DNA from: an uncultured Gemmatimonadales bacterium
GTDB taxonomy: Bacteria > Gemmatimonadota > Gemmatimonadetes > Gemmatimonadales > GWC2-71-9
Length of the DNA stretch: 64,000 bases
Direction of reading: 5' to 3'
Assembly (NCBI GenBank): GCA_963730185.1
Contig: CAVSQW010000009.1
Location: 160,001-224,000 of the forward strand
Part shown: one piece after another, positions 11,332 through 20,286 of the stretch
How the letters are laid out: each line of letters opens with the position of its first letter
Numbering within the stretch: position 1 is the first letter of the stretch
Notes under the pieces: model-generated
Told to the model about the DNA's origin: nothing
The model's input: only the letters and a program-made list of their open reading frames with translations
Databases searched by the model: none
Program-made: the position numbers and the translations under genes

Positions 11332-12659
11332 GCCGCACCTCGCAGGCCGGGACGCCGCCGCACGGCAACCCAATGGAGCAGCGCCAGCCCCGCGACCACC
11401 GCCAGCCAGATGCCTTCCCGGGCGCTCATCCGAGTCACGAGCACCAACGTCGCCAGGAGCCCGAGCGAGGCGGCCGCGGTTCCGAAGGGAACCCGGAACG
11501 CCGCGGCGGCGACGCCCGAGTCCGGCTTCCGCTCCCGCCACCGGAGCGCCGGGAGGGCCGCGCAGACCAGGCCGTAGGTGAGGAGCCGCGACACGGTGCT
11601 CAGCGTGATGTTCTGGAGCAGGCCGCCCTGAAGACTCAGCACGAACACCAGGATCGAATAGGTCAGGATCGAGACCCAGGGCGTGCGCCAGCGGGGATGC
11701 ACCCAGGCGAAGAACGCGGGCAGGTCGCCGCGCTCGGCCATGGCGAAGGTGAGGCGGGGCACCGCGAGCATCGCGGCCGAGCCCCAGCCGTAGACCGAGG
11801 TGATCGCGATCACGGTCATCGCCACCGCCCCTCCCCGGCCCAGCATCACTCCTGCGGCCTCGGCGAGGGGGCGTCCGGTGTCACCCGGGTCGGGAAGCGT
11901 CGCCAGCACGGCGACCTGGACCAGGAGATAGATCACGACCACGGCGCCGAGGCCTGCGAGGAGCGCCAGCGGCGCGTCGCGCCGCGGGTTACGAGACTCG
12001 CCCATCGGAAAGGTGGCCGTCTCGAACCCGCCGTACGAGAACATCAGCAGCAGCAGCACGCCGAGCCAGCCGGCGGGGGTCGCCTCGGCGGGCACCGGGG
12101 CGGGAGTGGCATTGCCTCGGGCGATCCAGAGCAGCCCCAGGCCGGCGAAGGCCAGCAAGGCGCCCACCTTGGCGACAGCGAACCCTCCGCTCAACCGGGC
12201 GCCAGGCCTGGCGCCGCGGAGGTTCACCACCGTCAGCACCCCCAGCAGGACCGCCGCGATCACCGCCGAGCCCAGTCGGGTGCCCGCGACCGGCCAGAAC
12301 TCGGCCAGATAGGTGGTGAGCAGGTTGACCTGCACCGCCGCCGAGACCAGCCGGACGAACAAGGCCATCCATCCCATCTGGAGGCCGACCAACCGTCCGA
12401 AGGCGGCCTGGGCGTAGAGGTAGGGACCGCCCGCCTCCGTGAAGCGCGATGCCACCTCGCCGAAACTCAGGATGATGAGGACCGTCACCCCCGCAGCGAC
12501 CACCAACGCGACCAGCGAGTACCATCCCAGCCGGGCCGCGATGGTTCCAGGCAGCGCGAAGACCCCGCTCCCGATGATCTGATTGAGGACGATCGCCGTG
12601 ATTCCCCAGAGGCCGATCGACCGGAGCACCGTGACGCCGCCGGGTCGACCGGCTAGCAT
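11328..12659 (-). CDS. APC-family amino acid permease (start may be GTG 12629)
   Basis: LRSIGLWGITAIVLNQIIGSGVFALPG, EAGGPYLY, FSYGGFE...GESRNPRRDAP, about 12 hydrophobic segments. Confidence 0.9.
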   Translation of the reverse strand: MLAGRPGGVTVLRSIGLWGITAIVLNQIIGSGVFALPGTIAARLGWYSLVALVVAAGVTVLIILSFGEVASRFTEAGGPYLYAQAAFGRLVGLQMGWMALFVRLVSAAVQVNLLTTYLAEFWPVAGTRLGSAVIAAVLLGVLTVVNLRGARPGARLSGGFAVAKVGALLAFAGLGLLWIARGNATPAPVPAEATPAGWLGVLLLLMFSYGGFETATFPMGESRNPRRDAPLALLAGLGAVVVIYLLVQVAVLATLPDPGDTGRPLAEAAGVMLGRGGAVAMTVIAITSVYGWGSAAMLAVPRLTFAMAERGDLPAFFAWVHPRWRTPWVSILTYSILVFVLSLQGGLLQNITLSTVSRLLTYGLVCAALPALRWRERKPDSGVAAAAFRVPFGTAAASLGLLATLVLVTRMSAREGIWLAVVAGLALLHWVAVRRRPGLRGAA

Positions 12660-12683
12660 TGACCAAACCCGCCCAAGGCCATC

Positions 12684-13172
12684 ATGTCCCTCCATTCGTC
12701 GTTCGTTCGGTCCGGGCCGATCCTCACCCTGGGCCTGGCGGCCGCCTGCGCGGCCGTCGCGCCGCGCTATCAGGCCCGCACCCGCGACGTCACCGTCACC
12801 ACCGTGCCGCTGCTGGTGAAGGAGACCCGGGCGCTCTACCCCTTTCTCGACGCCGCGTTCGCCAAGGGCGGGGCGCTCGAAGGCAAGGAGGTCTACGCAT
12901 TCTCGCCGAGCACGATCACGGTGGTTGAGGGAGACACCGTGCACCTCACGATCGTCAACCCGGAAGACGATGTCCACTCGTTCGTGCTGCCGGACTTCGT
13001 GGTTCCCCTGCCCCCGAATCACACCGTCGACACGACCTACGTGGCCCGACGGGCGGGGATCTATCCCTTCCTCTGCGCCGTCGCGAGCCACCTGCCGATG
13101 ATGTGGGGCCAGCTGGTCGTCCTGTCGCCTGCCGCGATCGCGTCGGGAGCGTCCCCGTCGGACAGGTCCTAA
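12684..13172 (+). CDS. Cupredoxin-domain (type-1 copper) protein, probable lipoprotein
   Basis: LGLAAAC lipobox-like; FSPSTITVVEGDTV; ligands H(VHSF) and C-x4-H-x2/3-M (CAVASHLPMM). Confidence 0.8.
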   Translation: MSLHSSFVRSGPILTLGLAAACAAVAPRYQARTRDVTVTTVPLLVKETRALYPFLDAAFAKGGALEGKEVYAFSPSTITVVEGDTVHLTIVNPEDDVHSFVLPDFVVPLPPNHTVDTTYVARRAGIYPFLCAVASHLPMMWGQLVVLSPAAIASGASPSDRS

Positions 13173-14680
13173 CTTCGTCCCCGGGCTCGCGCCGTCGCGC
13201 GGGCTTCCTCGAGCAGCGCCGTCCGGTCGATCTTGTGGGTCCCGGCCAGCGGCAGCCGTTCCTTGAAGATCACGAAGCGAGGATGGCTGAACGCCGGTCC
13301 CTCCGCGAGCGCGAACTGACGGACCAGCTCCTCGGTGAGGTCGTGGCCAGTGGCCGGGACTACGAACGCCACCGGGATCTGACCCTTGATCTCGTCGGGC
13401 ACCGGAACCACGGCCGCCTGGGCGACGCCGGGACAGCGCTCCACCAGCTTTTCGACCTCGCCCGGGTACACGTTCTCGCCGCCCGACACGAACATGTCGT
13501 CGGCCCGGCCCACGAAGTAGAAGAATCCTTCGGCGTCGTGCCGCATCACGTCGCCGGTGTCGTACCATCCATCGCGGATCCGCTCGCTCGTGACGCGGGG
13601 AAGGTTCAGGTACCCCGCCATCAGCGCCGGCGTCTGGAGCTCGAGCACGCCCTCGTCCGACCGGTCGCCGCCGGCCAGTCGCCACCGGATGTCGGCGAAC
13701 GGGTAGCCCAGCGAGAGAGGTGGCCGAGGCCGCCCGTCGGGGTGCCCGCCGAACACGCTGGGACCGGCTTCGGTCGTCCCGTAGCCGTTGGTGACGGTCG
13801 CGTTCGGAAAGAGGGCTCGTACCTTGTCGATCAGGGCATCCGTGAGCGGCGCCGATCCGATCGTGATGGTCCTCACCCCGGTCAGATCGAGCCGCTCCAG
13901 CAGGGCCCGCTCGCGCGCCATCAGCGCGAACATGGTGGGGATGCCGCTCAACAGCGTACACCGGTAGCGGGCGACAGCCTCGAGATAGGTCCGGGCCTCG
14001 AAACGGGGCAGTGAGATGATGGCGAATCCGTTCGCGAGCGCGACCATCGAGAAGAAGAGACCGTTTTTATGGTAGGTCGGCGCGACGATCGGCGTCCGCT
14101 CGGCCAGCCCCTCCGGTCCCGGGGTCAGATAGTGACCCAGTGCCCAGAGCTGGCCCCGATGACTGAGCGGGACCCCTTTGGGGCGGCCGGTCGACCCGGA
14201 GGTGTAGAGGATCTTGGCCAGCTCGTCCGGTCCGGGACGCACCGCGGCGAACGGACCGGGGTCCAGCAGCTCGGCGAAGGGGCGGCCCCCGCCATCGTCC
14301 AGGCGCCAGTGATCGTACCCTTCCGGCACCAGCTCGCCTCTCACTCCGTCGGCGATGACCGCTCGCACCGCGGCGTCCTCGAGGATGAAGCGGATCGTGT
14401 CTCGGGCCAGCCGATGGTTGATCGGCACCGGGACCAGCCCCGCCCGCATCAGGCCGGCGTAGGCCAGCAGGAACTCGGCCCGGTTGTCCGACAGGATCGC
14501 GACCCGGTCGCCGCGGACGTAGCCCTGCTTCAGCATCCCCCGCGCCACGGCGTTCATCCCGGCATCGAGCTCGGCCGCGGTCCACGCCCTCGGAGCGGCC
14601 GGGTCGCGCAGGTCGATGAGCGCCTCGCGGTCGGGCAGCTCGGGGCGGACGATGGCCCCGAGGTTGGTGAAGGTGGTCAT
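13169..14680 (-). CDS. Class I adenylate-forming enzyme (acyl-CoA ligase)
   Basis: YTSGSTGRPKG, GYGTTE, WYDTGD, GRADDMFVSGGENVYPGEVE, GTHKIDR. Confidence 0.93.
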   Translation of the reverse strand: MTTFTNLGAIVRPELPDREALIDLRDPAAPRAWTAAELDAGMNAVARGMLKQGYVRGDRVAILSDNRAEFLLAYAGLMRAGLVPVPINHRLARDTIRFILEDAAVRAVIADGVRGELVPEGYDHWRLDDGGGRPFAELLDPGPFAAVRPGPDELAKILYTSGSTGRPKGVPLSHRGQLWALGHYLTPGPEGLAERTPIVAPTYHKNGLFFSMVALANGFAIISLPRFEARTYLEAVARYRCTLLSGIPTMFALMARERALLERLDLTGVRTITIGSAPLTDALIDKVRALFPNATVTNGYGTTEAGPSVFGGHPDGRPRPPLSLGYPFADIRWRLAGGDRSDEGVLELQTPALMAGYLNLPRVTSERIRDGWYDTGDVMRHDAEGFFYFVGRADDMFVSGGENVYPGEVEKLVERCPGVAQAAVVPVPDEIKGQIPVAFVVPATGHDLTEELVRQFALAEGPAFSHPRFVIFKERLPLAGTHKIDRTALLEEARATARARGRS

Positions 14681-15687
14681 GGTCGGAAGAGAATCTTGCC
14701 GAAGACTTCGCGGTCCTCGAGCATCCGCTCGCCTTCGGCGACCTCGGGGAGGGGAAGCACTGCGTCGACGACCGGGTCGAGTCGTCCGGTCGCGATCAGG
14801 TCCATCAAGGTGATCAGATCCTCCGGGGTCCAGCCGTCGGAGCCGATCATGGTGTGCTCGAAGGTCCAGAGATAGCGGGCATCGGTGGTGAGCTGGTAGC
14901 CGGCGGTCGCGCCGCAGGTGACGATTCGTCCACCCGAGGTCACGCTCTTCTGGGTGTCGAGCCAGGTCTCGCCGCCGGTGAAGTTCACGGCCAGGTCCAC
15001 TCCACCGCCGCCGGTGATGCGCGGCTTGCCGTAGATTTCGCGGACGGCATCGAGGAATCGGCTCTCGGTGTAGTTGACCACGTGATCGGCGCCGAGGGCC
15101 CGGAGTCGCTCGAGCTTCCACTCGCTTCCGGCGCACGCCACCACCTCCGCCCCGGCCAGCTTGGCGAGCTGCACCGAGGCCACGCCCACCCCGCCGCTCG
15201 CCCCCAGCACCAGCACCCGCTCGCCCGCCGCGACCCGGGCGCGTGTCACCAGCATCCGATGGGCCGTGCCGTACGCCAGCGGCAGCGCCGCCGCCTGCTC
15301 CAGGGTTACGCCGTCCGGAACCCGGATCAGCTGGTTGGCCGGCACCCGCACCCGCTCAGCCCGTCCGCCGTCCGCGATCTCCCCGATCATTCCGACGTGA
15401 GCCCCGTCGCGGTAGACCGGGTCGATCAGCACTCGGTCACCCTGATGCCAACCGTGTACCCCGCCGCCCAGGATCTCGACCGTCCCCGCGATGTCCGACC
15501 CCACCACCACCGGAAGCGGGATCCGAATGCCCGGCATCCCGCGCCGGGTGAAGATGTCGTGGTAGTTGAGGGCCGTGGCGACGACCCGGACAACCACCTC
15601 GCCGGGGCCGGGCACCGGATCGGGATAGTCATCCCGGTACTGGAGGCAGCTTCGGTCGCCGTGGGCGGTCGTGAGGACGGCACGCAT
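14677..15687 (-). CDS. MDR-superfamily zinc-binding dehydrogenase / quinone-reductase-like protein
   Basis: PGPGEVVVRVVATALNYHD, AAALPLAYGTAHRML, LVLGASGGVG, FGKILFRP. Confidence 0.9.
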   Translation of the reverse strand: MRAVLTTAHGDRSCLQYRDDYPDPVPGPGEVVVRVVATALNYHDIFTRRGMPGIRIPLPVVVGSDIAGTVEILGGGVHGWHQGDRVLIDPVYRDGAHVGMIGEIADGGRAERVRVPANQLIRVPDGVTLEQAAALPLAYGTAHRMLVTRARVAAGERVLVLGASGGVGVASVQLAKLAGAEVVACAGSEWKLERLRALGADHVVNYTESRFLDAVREIYGKPRITGGGGVDLAVNFTGGETWLDTQKSVTSGGRIVTCGATAGYQLTTDARYLWTFEHTMIGSDGWTPEDLITLMDLIATGRLDPVVDAVLPLPEVAEGERMLEDREVFGKILFRP

Positions 15688-16871
15688 CAACTCGTCTCCC
15701 GGGGGCGAAGGCGTCGAACCGCCGGCAGGACCACCAGCAGGCCCAGCAGACAATACCCGGCCACGACGGCGTAGCCCGCCCCGTATCCGCCGGACCGGTC
15801 CGCGAGCAGCCCCACCAAGGGTTGGGCAAAGAAGCCGAGGCTGTAAAAGAGCTGGTAGAGACCATAACCCTGGCCCGAGCGCTCGGCTCCCAGCAGAAAG
15901 GTCGGCAGCGCGAAGAGCGCCGGCATGCCGAAGGCGAGCGAGAGCCCCATCACGCCGGACGACACCAGCGGCGGTACCCCGGGAGCGAACAGCAGGCCCA
16001 CGCTGGCCAGCGCGAAGAGGGTGGCCGCAACGACGAAGGGAATCCCGGTGCCGGGCCGGAGGAACGAGGAGAGGATCGGCTTCAGGATCAGGGCCAGCAA
16101 TGCGTAGGCCCCGACGATCGACGAGGCCCGGGCCAGCTCGAAGCCTCGTCCCACCAGGAAATCCGGTGTGAAGGTGAGGTAGCCTTCCGTCCCGATGCTG
16201 TAGCCGAAGTAGGCCAGGGCCAGGAGCCAGGCTCCCAAGCCCAGCTCGAGGGGGCGGAACCGGACCGGCGGCCCACCCGTAGCGCTGATCGCGTCCTGGC
16301 TGGGGAGGACCAGAATCAGGCCGACGCCCACCGCCGACAGCCCGGCCAGGAGGGAGAGCGCGGGACGCCACCCCGCCGCGCTCCCGATCGACCCCAGCAC
16401 GTTCAGGCTCAGGAACACTCCCGCCGTGAATGCCATCGTGTAGAGGCCCATCACGAAGCCCAACTCCCGGCGCCCCGCGAACCAGGTGCCGATCAGCTTG
16501 GGGGCGCCGATCATGTGGGCATTCATCCCGATCGAGAACACCAGCCGCCCGGCGCAGAGCACCCAGAAGCTCGGCGCCAGCGCCATCAGCACGGTGCCGG
16601 CGAGGATGAATCCCCAGCAGACTCCAAGGACCCGCTTGATCGGATAGCGGTCGAACGCCCACCCGGCTGGGAGCGCCACCACGATGCCCGGGAGGTACCA
16701 GAGACCGGAGAGGAGGCCGCCCTGGGCCCGGGTGATGCCGAGGTCCCGGATCCAGAGGTTGAGAAGCGGGAACACGGCCGCGAAGCCCATCATCCCGACG
16801 GTCGTGGCCGCGATAGTCACCGCCAACACGACCCAACGGGTCCCGGAGGGGACGATCGCCCGGCCGGTCAT
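15687..16871 (-). CDS. MFS transporter
   Basis: About 12 TM segments, GWAFDRYPIKR motif A variant, GLLADRSGGY. Confidence 0.88.
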   Translation of the reverse strand: MTGRAIVPSGTRWVVLAVTIAATTVGMMGFAAVFPLLNLWIRDLGITRAQGGLLSGLWYLPGIVVALPAGWAFDRYPIKRVLGVCWGFILAGTVLMALAPSFWVLCAGRLVFSIGMNAHMIGAPKLIGTWFAGRRELGFVMGLYTMAFTAGVFLSLNVLGSIGSAAGWRPALSLLAGLSAVGVGLILVLPSQDAISATGGPPVRFRPLELGLGAWLLALAYFGYSIGTEGYLTFTPDFLVGRGFELARASSIVGAYALLALILKPILSSFLRPGTGIPFVVAATLFALASVGLLFAPGVPPLVSSGVMGLSLAFGMPALFALPTFLLGAERSGQGYGLYQLFYSLGFFAQPLVGLLADRSGGYGAGYAVVAGYCLLGLLVVLPAVRRLRPRETS

Positions 16872-17494
16872 CACTGCGCCACGGCGCGGCCCCGGCCGCC
16901 GCGAGCCGTGGCCCGGTAGGGCGTGAGGAGAAAGCCGAGGTCGCGACGCACCGCCTCCCGAAGCGAGCCCACCGGGGCGTAGGCCCACACGGTGTAGGTG
17001 CCGATCCAGGTCACGAACACCGCTCGTGCCAGCGCCGGATGGTCGAGACCAGGCCGGAGCTGACCCTGGTCGGCGGCCTGGGCGAGCACCAGGGCGAACG
17101 CCGCCAGGTAGTCACGCTCCCGCTCCTTCGCCTCGCGGGCTCCCGATCGCGCGGCCAGGTGCCCGGGATCGAAGAGATAGGAGTTGGAGAGGAGGTAGAG
17201 CCGGCGGGCGTTCCGCTCGGCGACTTGGCCCAGGCGGGTGACCAGCGCCCCGAGGGGATCGGCGACGTCGGCGAGCCCGGCGAAGATGGCCTCCCGCATC
17301 CGGACATCGGCCAGGCGCTCGGCGGCGGCCAGGAGCTCGGCGCGCGAGCCGAACCGCTGGACCAACCGGGCCGAGCTCAGGCCGACCTCGCGAGCCACCC
17401 GGGCCAGAGTAACCCGGGGTCCGAAGCGACGGACCGCCCGGACCGCCTCGGTCAGGATCTCGGCGTCGCTCTGGTCGGCACGGCGAGGGCTCAT
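16871..17494 (-). CDS. TetR-family regulator (alternative start 17539)
   Basis: EILTEAVRAVRRFGPRVTLARVAREVGLSSARLVQRFGSRAELL HTH. Confidence 0.88.
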   Translation of the reverse strand: MSPRRADQSDAEILTEAVRAVRRFGPRVTLARVAREVGLSSARLVQRFGSRAELLAAAERLADVRMREAIFAGLADVADPLGALVTRLGQVAERNARRLYLLSNSYLFDPGHLAARSGAREAKERERDYLAAFALVLAQAADQGQLRPGLDHPALARAVFVTWIGTYTVWAYAPVGSLREAVRRDLGFLLTPYRATARGGRGRAVAQ

Positions 17495-17566
17495 CGGCGG
17501 CCGGTGGCTCGCGAGGGGAGGTGGCGGAGGCGCGGGCATGGTCGGCTTGCCGGGCCCGCTACAATT

Positions 17567-17581
17567 CTTAACTTCGTTAAG
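17567..17581. promoter_or_regulatory. Palindrome CTTAAC-N3-GTTAAG, candidate TetR operator
   Basis: Perfect 6-bp arms immediately after TACAAT (17560-17565), between divergent tetR and amidohydrolase genes. Confidence 0.6.
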
Positions 17582-17623
17582 GAAACCCGACAAGACCCAC
17601 CGCTCGACGGCCGGGAGGTGCCC

Positions 17624-18970
17624 ATGACGCGGATCTGGACTGGGCTGGTCGCAGGCCTGCTCGCCCTGGCGGGGCCGCTCGCGGCCCAACGCCCGATCGC
17701 GATCGTCGGAGCTCGAATCATCGACGGCAACGGCGGTCCGCCGATCGAGTCGGGGGTGGTTGTGATCCGGGGCGACCGGATCGCCGCCGTGGGGCCGGTG
17801 GGCGCGGTGCGGGTTCCCGCCGACGCGGTCCGGATCGACGGACGAGGCCGGTCGGTGCTGCCCGGCCTGGCTGATCTCCACGTCCACCTGACGGGCGGTT
17901 GGGACGGCGAGACGAGCGACCTCTTGAGCCCGCACCGGATGCTCTCCGCCCTGCTCTACGCCGGCGTCACCACGGTGTTCGACACCGGCAACATCCTGCC
18001 CTATATCCTCCAGGTCACTCGCGAGATCGACGCCGGCCGTCTCGACGGCCCGCACATCCGCTTCGTCGGGCCGCTGGTCGACGGTGCCAATCCCGCCTGG
18101 CCGCCGCTTTCCCTCGCCGTGGCGACCCCGGCGCAGATCGGACCCTACGTTCGCCAGCTCCGGGCGGCCGGGGTCACGATGGTCAAGGGTTATGGCGGGC
18201 TCTCGACCGAGTTGCTGACGGACCTGGTCCAGGCGGCCGCCCGCGACACCCTCGCGGTGGTCGTCGATGCCTGGCGGAAGAACGGCACCTTGGAGATCGC
18301 CCAGACGGGGATCGCCGCGTTTGCCCACCTGGGCACGGTGCCGATCACTCCGGAGACCGTGGCCTACCTGCGCGACCACCAAGTCGCCAGCCTGACGACG
18401 CTGGCGGTCTACGAGTCGTTCAGTCGCCGCCGCTTCCGGGACCTGTCGTTCCTCGAGGGCCCGCTCCTCGGCGGGTCCTTTCCCCCGGCCTTTGCCGCCG
18501 AGCTCCGGGCCTTCGCCGAGCATCCGCTCAGCGGGGCCGACAGCGGCCGGGCCCGCGCGGCGATGGACCGGCTGGTCGTCGCCGAGCACAACCTGAAGCA
18601 GCTCTTCGACGCCGGCATCCTCCTGGCCGCGGGCACCGATGCCCCCTATCCCGGCGACTGGTACGGCGAAGGGCTCCACCGCGAGCTCGAGCTGATCGTC
18701 GAGGCCGGGCTGACGCCGCTCCAGGCCCTGACGTTGGCGACCCGAAACGCGGCGCGATTCCTCCATGAGTCCGACTGGGGCACCCTCGAACCCGGCCAGC
18801 GGGCCGACGTCATCGTGGTGCGGGGTGATCCGTCCCGGCGAATCAGCGATACCCGGCGGGTGGAGCTGGTGTTCAAGGATGGTCGCCGGCTCGACCGGAG
18901 CCGGCTCCGCTTCGATCCCGCCCGAGACCCCGGCTATCGGGCCGCCGGCGCGGCGAATGCCACTCCCTGA
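17624..18970 (+). CDS. Secreted amidohydrolase-family protein
   Basis: Signal peptide, VLPGLADLHVH, GVTTVFD, AGTDA, LHRELE, GTLEPGQRAD; GGAGG RBS. Confidence 0.92.
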   Translation: MTRIWTGLVAGLLALAGPLAAQRPIAIVGARIIDGNGGPPIESGVVVIRGDRIAAVGPVGAVRVPADAVRIDGRGRSVLPGLADLHVHLTGGWDGETSDLLSPHRMLSALLYAGVTTVFDTGNILPYILQVTREIDAGRLDGPHIRFVGPLVDGANPAWPPLSLAVATPAQIGPYVRQLRAAGVTMVKGYGGLSTELLTDLVQAAARDTLAVVVDAWRKNGTLEIAQTGIAAFAHLGTVPITPETVAYLRDHQVASLTTLAVYESFSRRRFRDLSFLEGPLLGGSFPPAFAAELRAFAEHPLSGADSGRARAAMDRLVVAEHNLKQLFDAGILLAAGTDAPYPGDWYGEGLHRELELIVEAGLTPLQALTLATRNAARFLHESDWGTLEPGQRADVIVVRGDPSRRISDTRRVELVFKDGRRLDRSRLRFDPARDPGYRAAGAANATP

Positions 18971-18988
18971 CCGGGTGCGGTCACCGGG

Positions 18989-19124
18989 CTAGGGAAGCGC
19001 GAACGCCACGAGGTTGTCGCCCAGCCGCGTGCCGGCGGTGCTGTGACCGCCGGCCGCGATCACCACGTCCTGCTTCCCATCGACCAGGTAGGTCATCGGC
19101 GTGGCGATGCCGCCCGCCGCAGCT
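18989..19124 (-). repeat. Orphan diverged copy of the PQQ dehydrogenase 3' end (direct repeat of 20287..20423)
   Basis: Manual alignment: 12 substitutions + 1 indel over 137 bp; encodes AGGIATPMTYLVDGKQDVVIAAGGHSTAGTRLGDNLVAFALP*. Confidence 0.92.
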
Positions 19125-19301
19125 CGTTTGAGCCAGGACTCCGAATCACGTTGAGTGGCGTTCGAAGCTCGTCTCCTGCTTGCTCGCAGAGTGACGGGAG
19201 GAGTCGATCCGCTCCATTGGACCAGGTGTCGCCGACACCTTTGGACGGGTTGGGTGTGACCGGGGCCTTCGCGATTCGCGGCGCCGCTCGGTCGAGCTGG
19301 C

Positions 19302-19571
19302 GTGTTGGGCCTGGTGGGGACGCTGGCGGTCGTGGCGGCACTGCTCGCGGAGTGGCAGTGGGGAGTGGATCTCGCCGTGGTCCAGGGCTCGGTGGTGATC
19401 CCCGCGATCTGGCGGCTCACCCTCCACCTGGGCGCGGCGATGCTGCTCTGGCAGGCGGTGACGGTCTTCCTTCGTCCGGGAGCTAGGCTTGCGTGGATGG
19501 GTCCGCGGCGCGTTCCCACCCTCCTTCTCCTGGTAGCCCCGAGCGTCAGACCATCAGGTCTCCGCCGTTGA
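19302..19571 (+). pseudogene. Possible degraded membrane-protein fragment
   Basis: Two hydrophobic stretches (LGLVGTLAVVAALLA; IWRLTLHLGAAMLLWQAVTVFL), no RBS, runs into the convergent SDR end. Confidence 0.3.
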
Positions 19572-20283
19572 TGTCGGCCGCGGCTCCGGTGATGTAGGCC
19601 GCTCGGTCGGAGGCCAGGAAGGCGATCAGATCAGCCACCTCGCCGGGATGTCCCAGGCGCTGAATGGGGAAGCTGGTCCGATAGGCCTCGAGCGCCGTCG
19701 GGGTCACGTTGCCGCGCACCATCTCCGTATCGATCAGGCCCGGACACACTGCGTTGACCGTAATGCCGTCCGGGGCGAGCTCCTTCGCCGCGGCACGGGT
19801 TAGGCCGAGGACACCGGCTTTCGACGCGGTGTAGTGGGCGCCGCCCAGGGTGCTGACCGACTTGCCCGCGGTCGACGACAGGTTGACGATTCGGCCCCAC
19901 CCGCGGGCCCGCATCATCGGCGTGACCGCCTGCATCGCCAGAAAGACCCCGGTGAGGTTCACGTCGAGCGTCCTTCGCCACTCCTCTTCCGGGATCTGCT
20001 CGAACCGGGTCGGGTAGAGGACGCCGGCGCAGGTGACGAGCACGTCGAGGCGCTCGAATCGGGCTGTCACTCGCTCGACCACGTCCCGAATCGAGGTGCG
20101 GCTGGCCACGTCGCCGGGGACCGCCAGGGTGTCGGAGCCCAAGGTTCGAACGGCCGCAGCCACCTGGTCCGGATCGAGATCGTTGACCGCCAGCGCGTGT
20201 CCGTCCTGCGCCAACCGCTCCGCGACAGCGCGCCCGATCCCCCGCGCCGCGCCGGTCACCAAGGCCACTCGTCGATCGGTCAC
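19546..20283 (-). CDS. SDR (FabG-like) oxidoreductase
   Basis: TGAARGIG, NLSS, YTASK, VNAVCPG, INGG. Confidence 0.93.
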   Translation of the reverse strand: MTDRRVALVTGAARGIGRAVAERLAQDGHALAVNDLDPDQVAAAVRTLGSDTLAVPGDVASRTSIRDVVERVTARFERLDVLVTCAGVLYPTRFEQIPEEEWRRTLDVNLTGVFLAMQAVTPMMRARGWGRIVNLSSTAGKSVSTLGGAHYTASKAGVLGLTRAAAKELAPDGITVNAVCPGLIDTEMVRGNVTPTALEAYRTSFPIQRLGHPGEVADLIAFLASDRAAYITGAAADINGGDLMV

Positions 20284-20286
20284 GAG

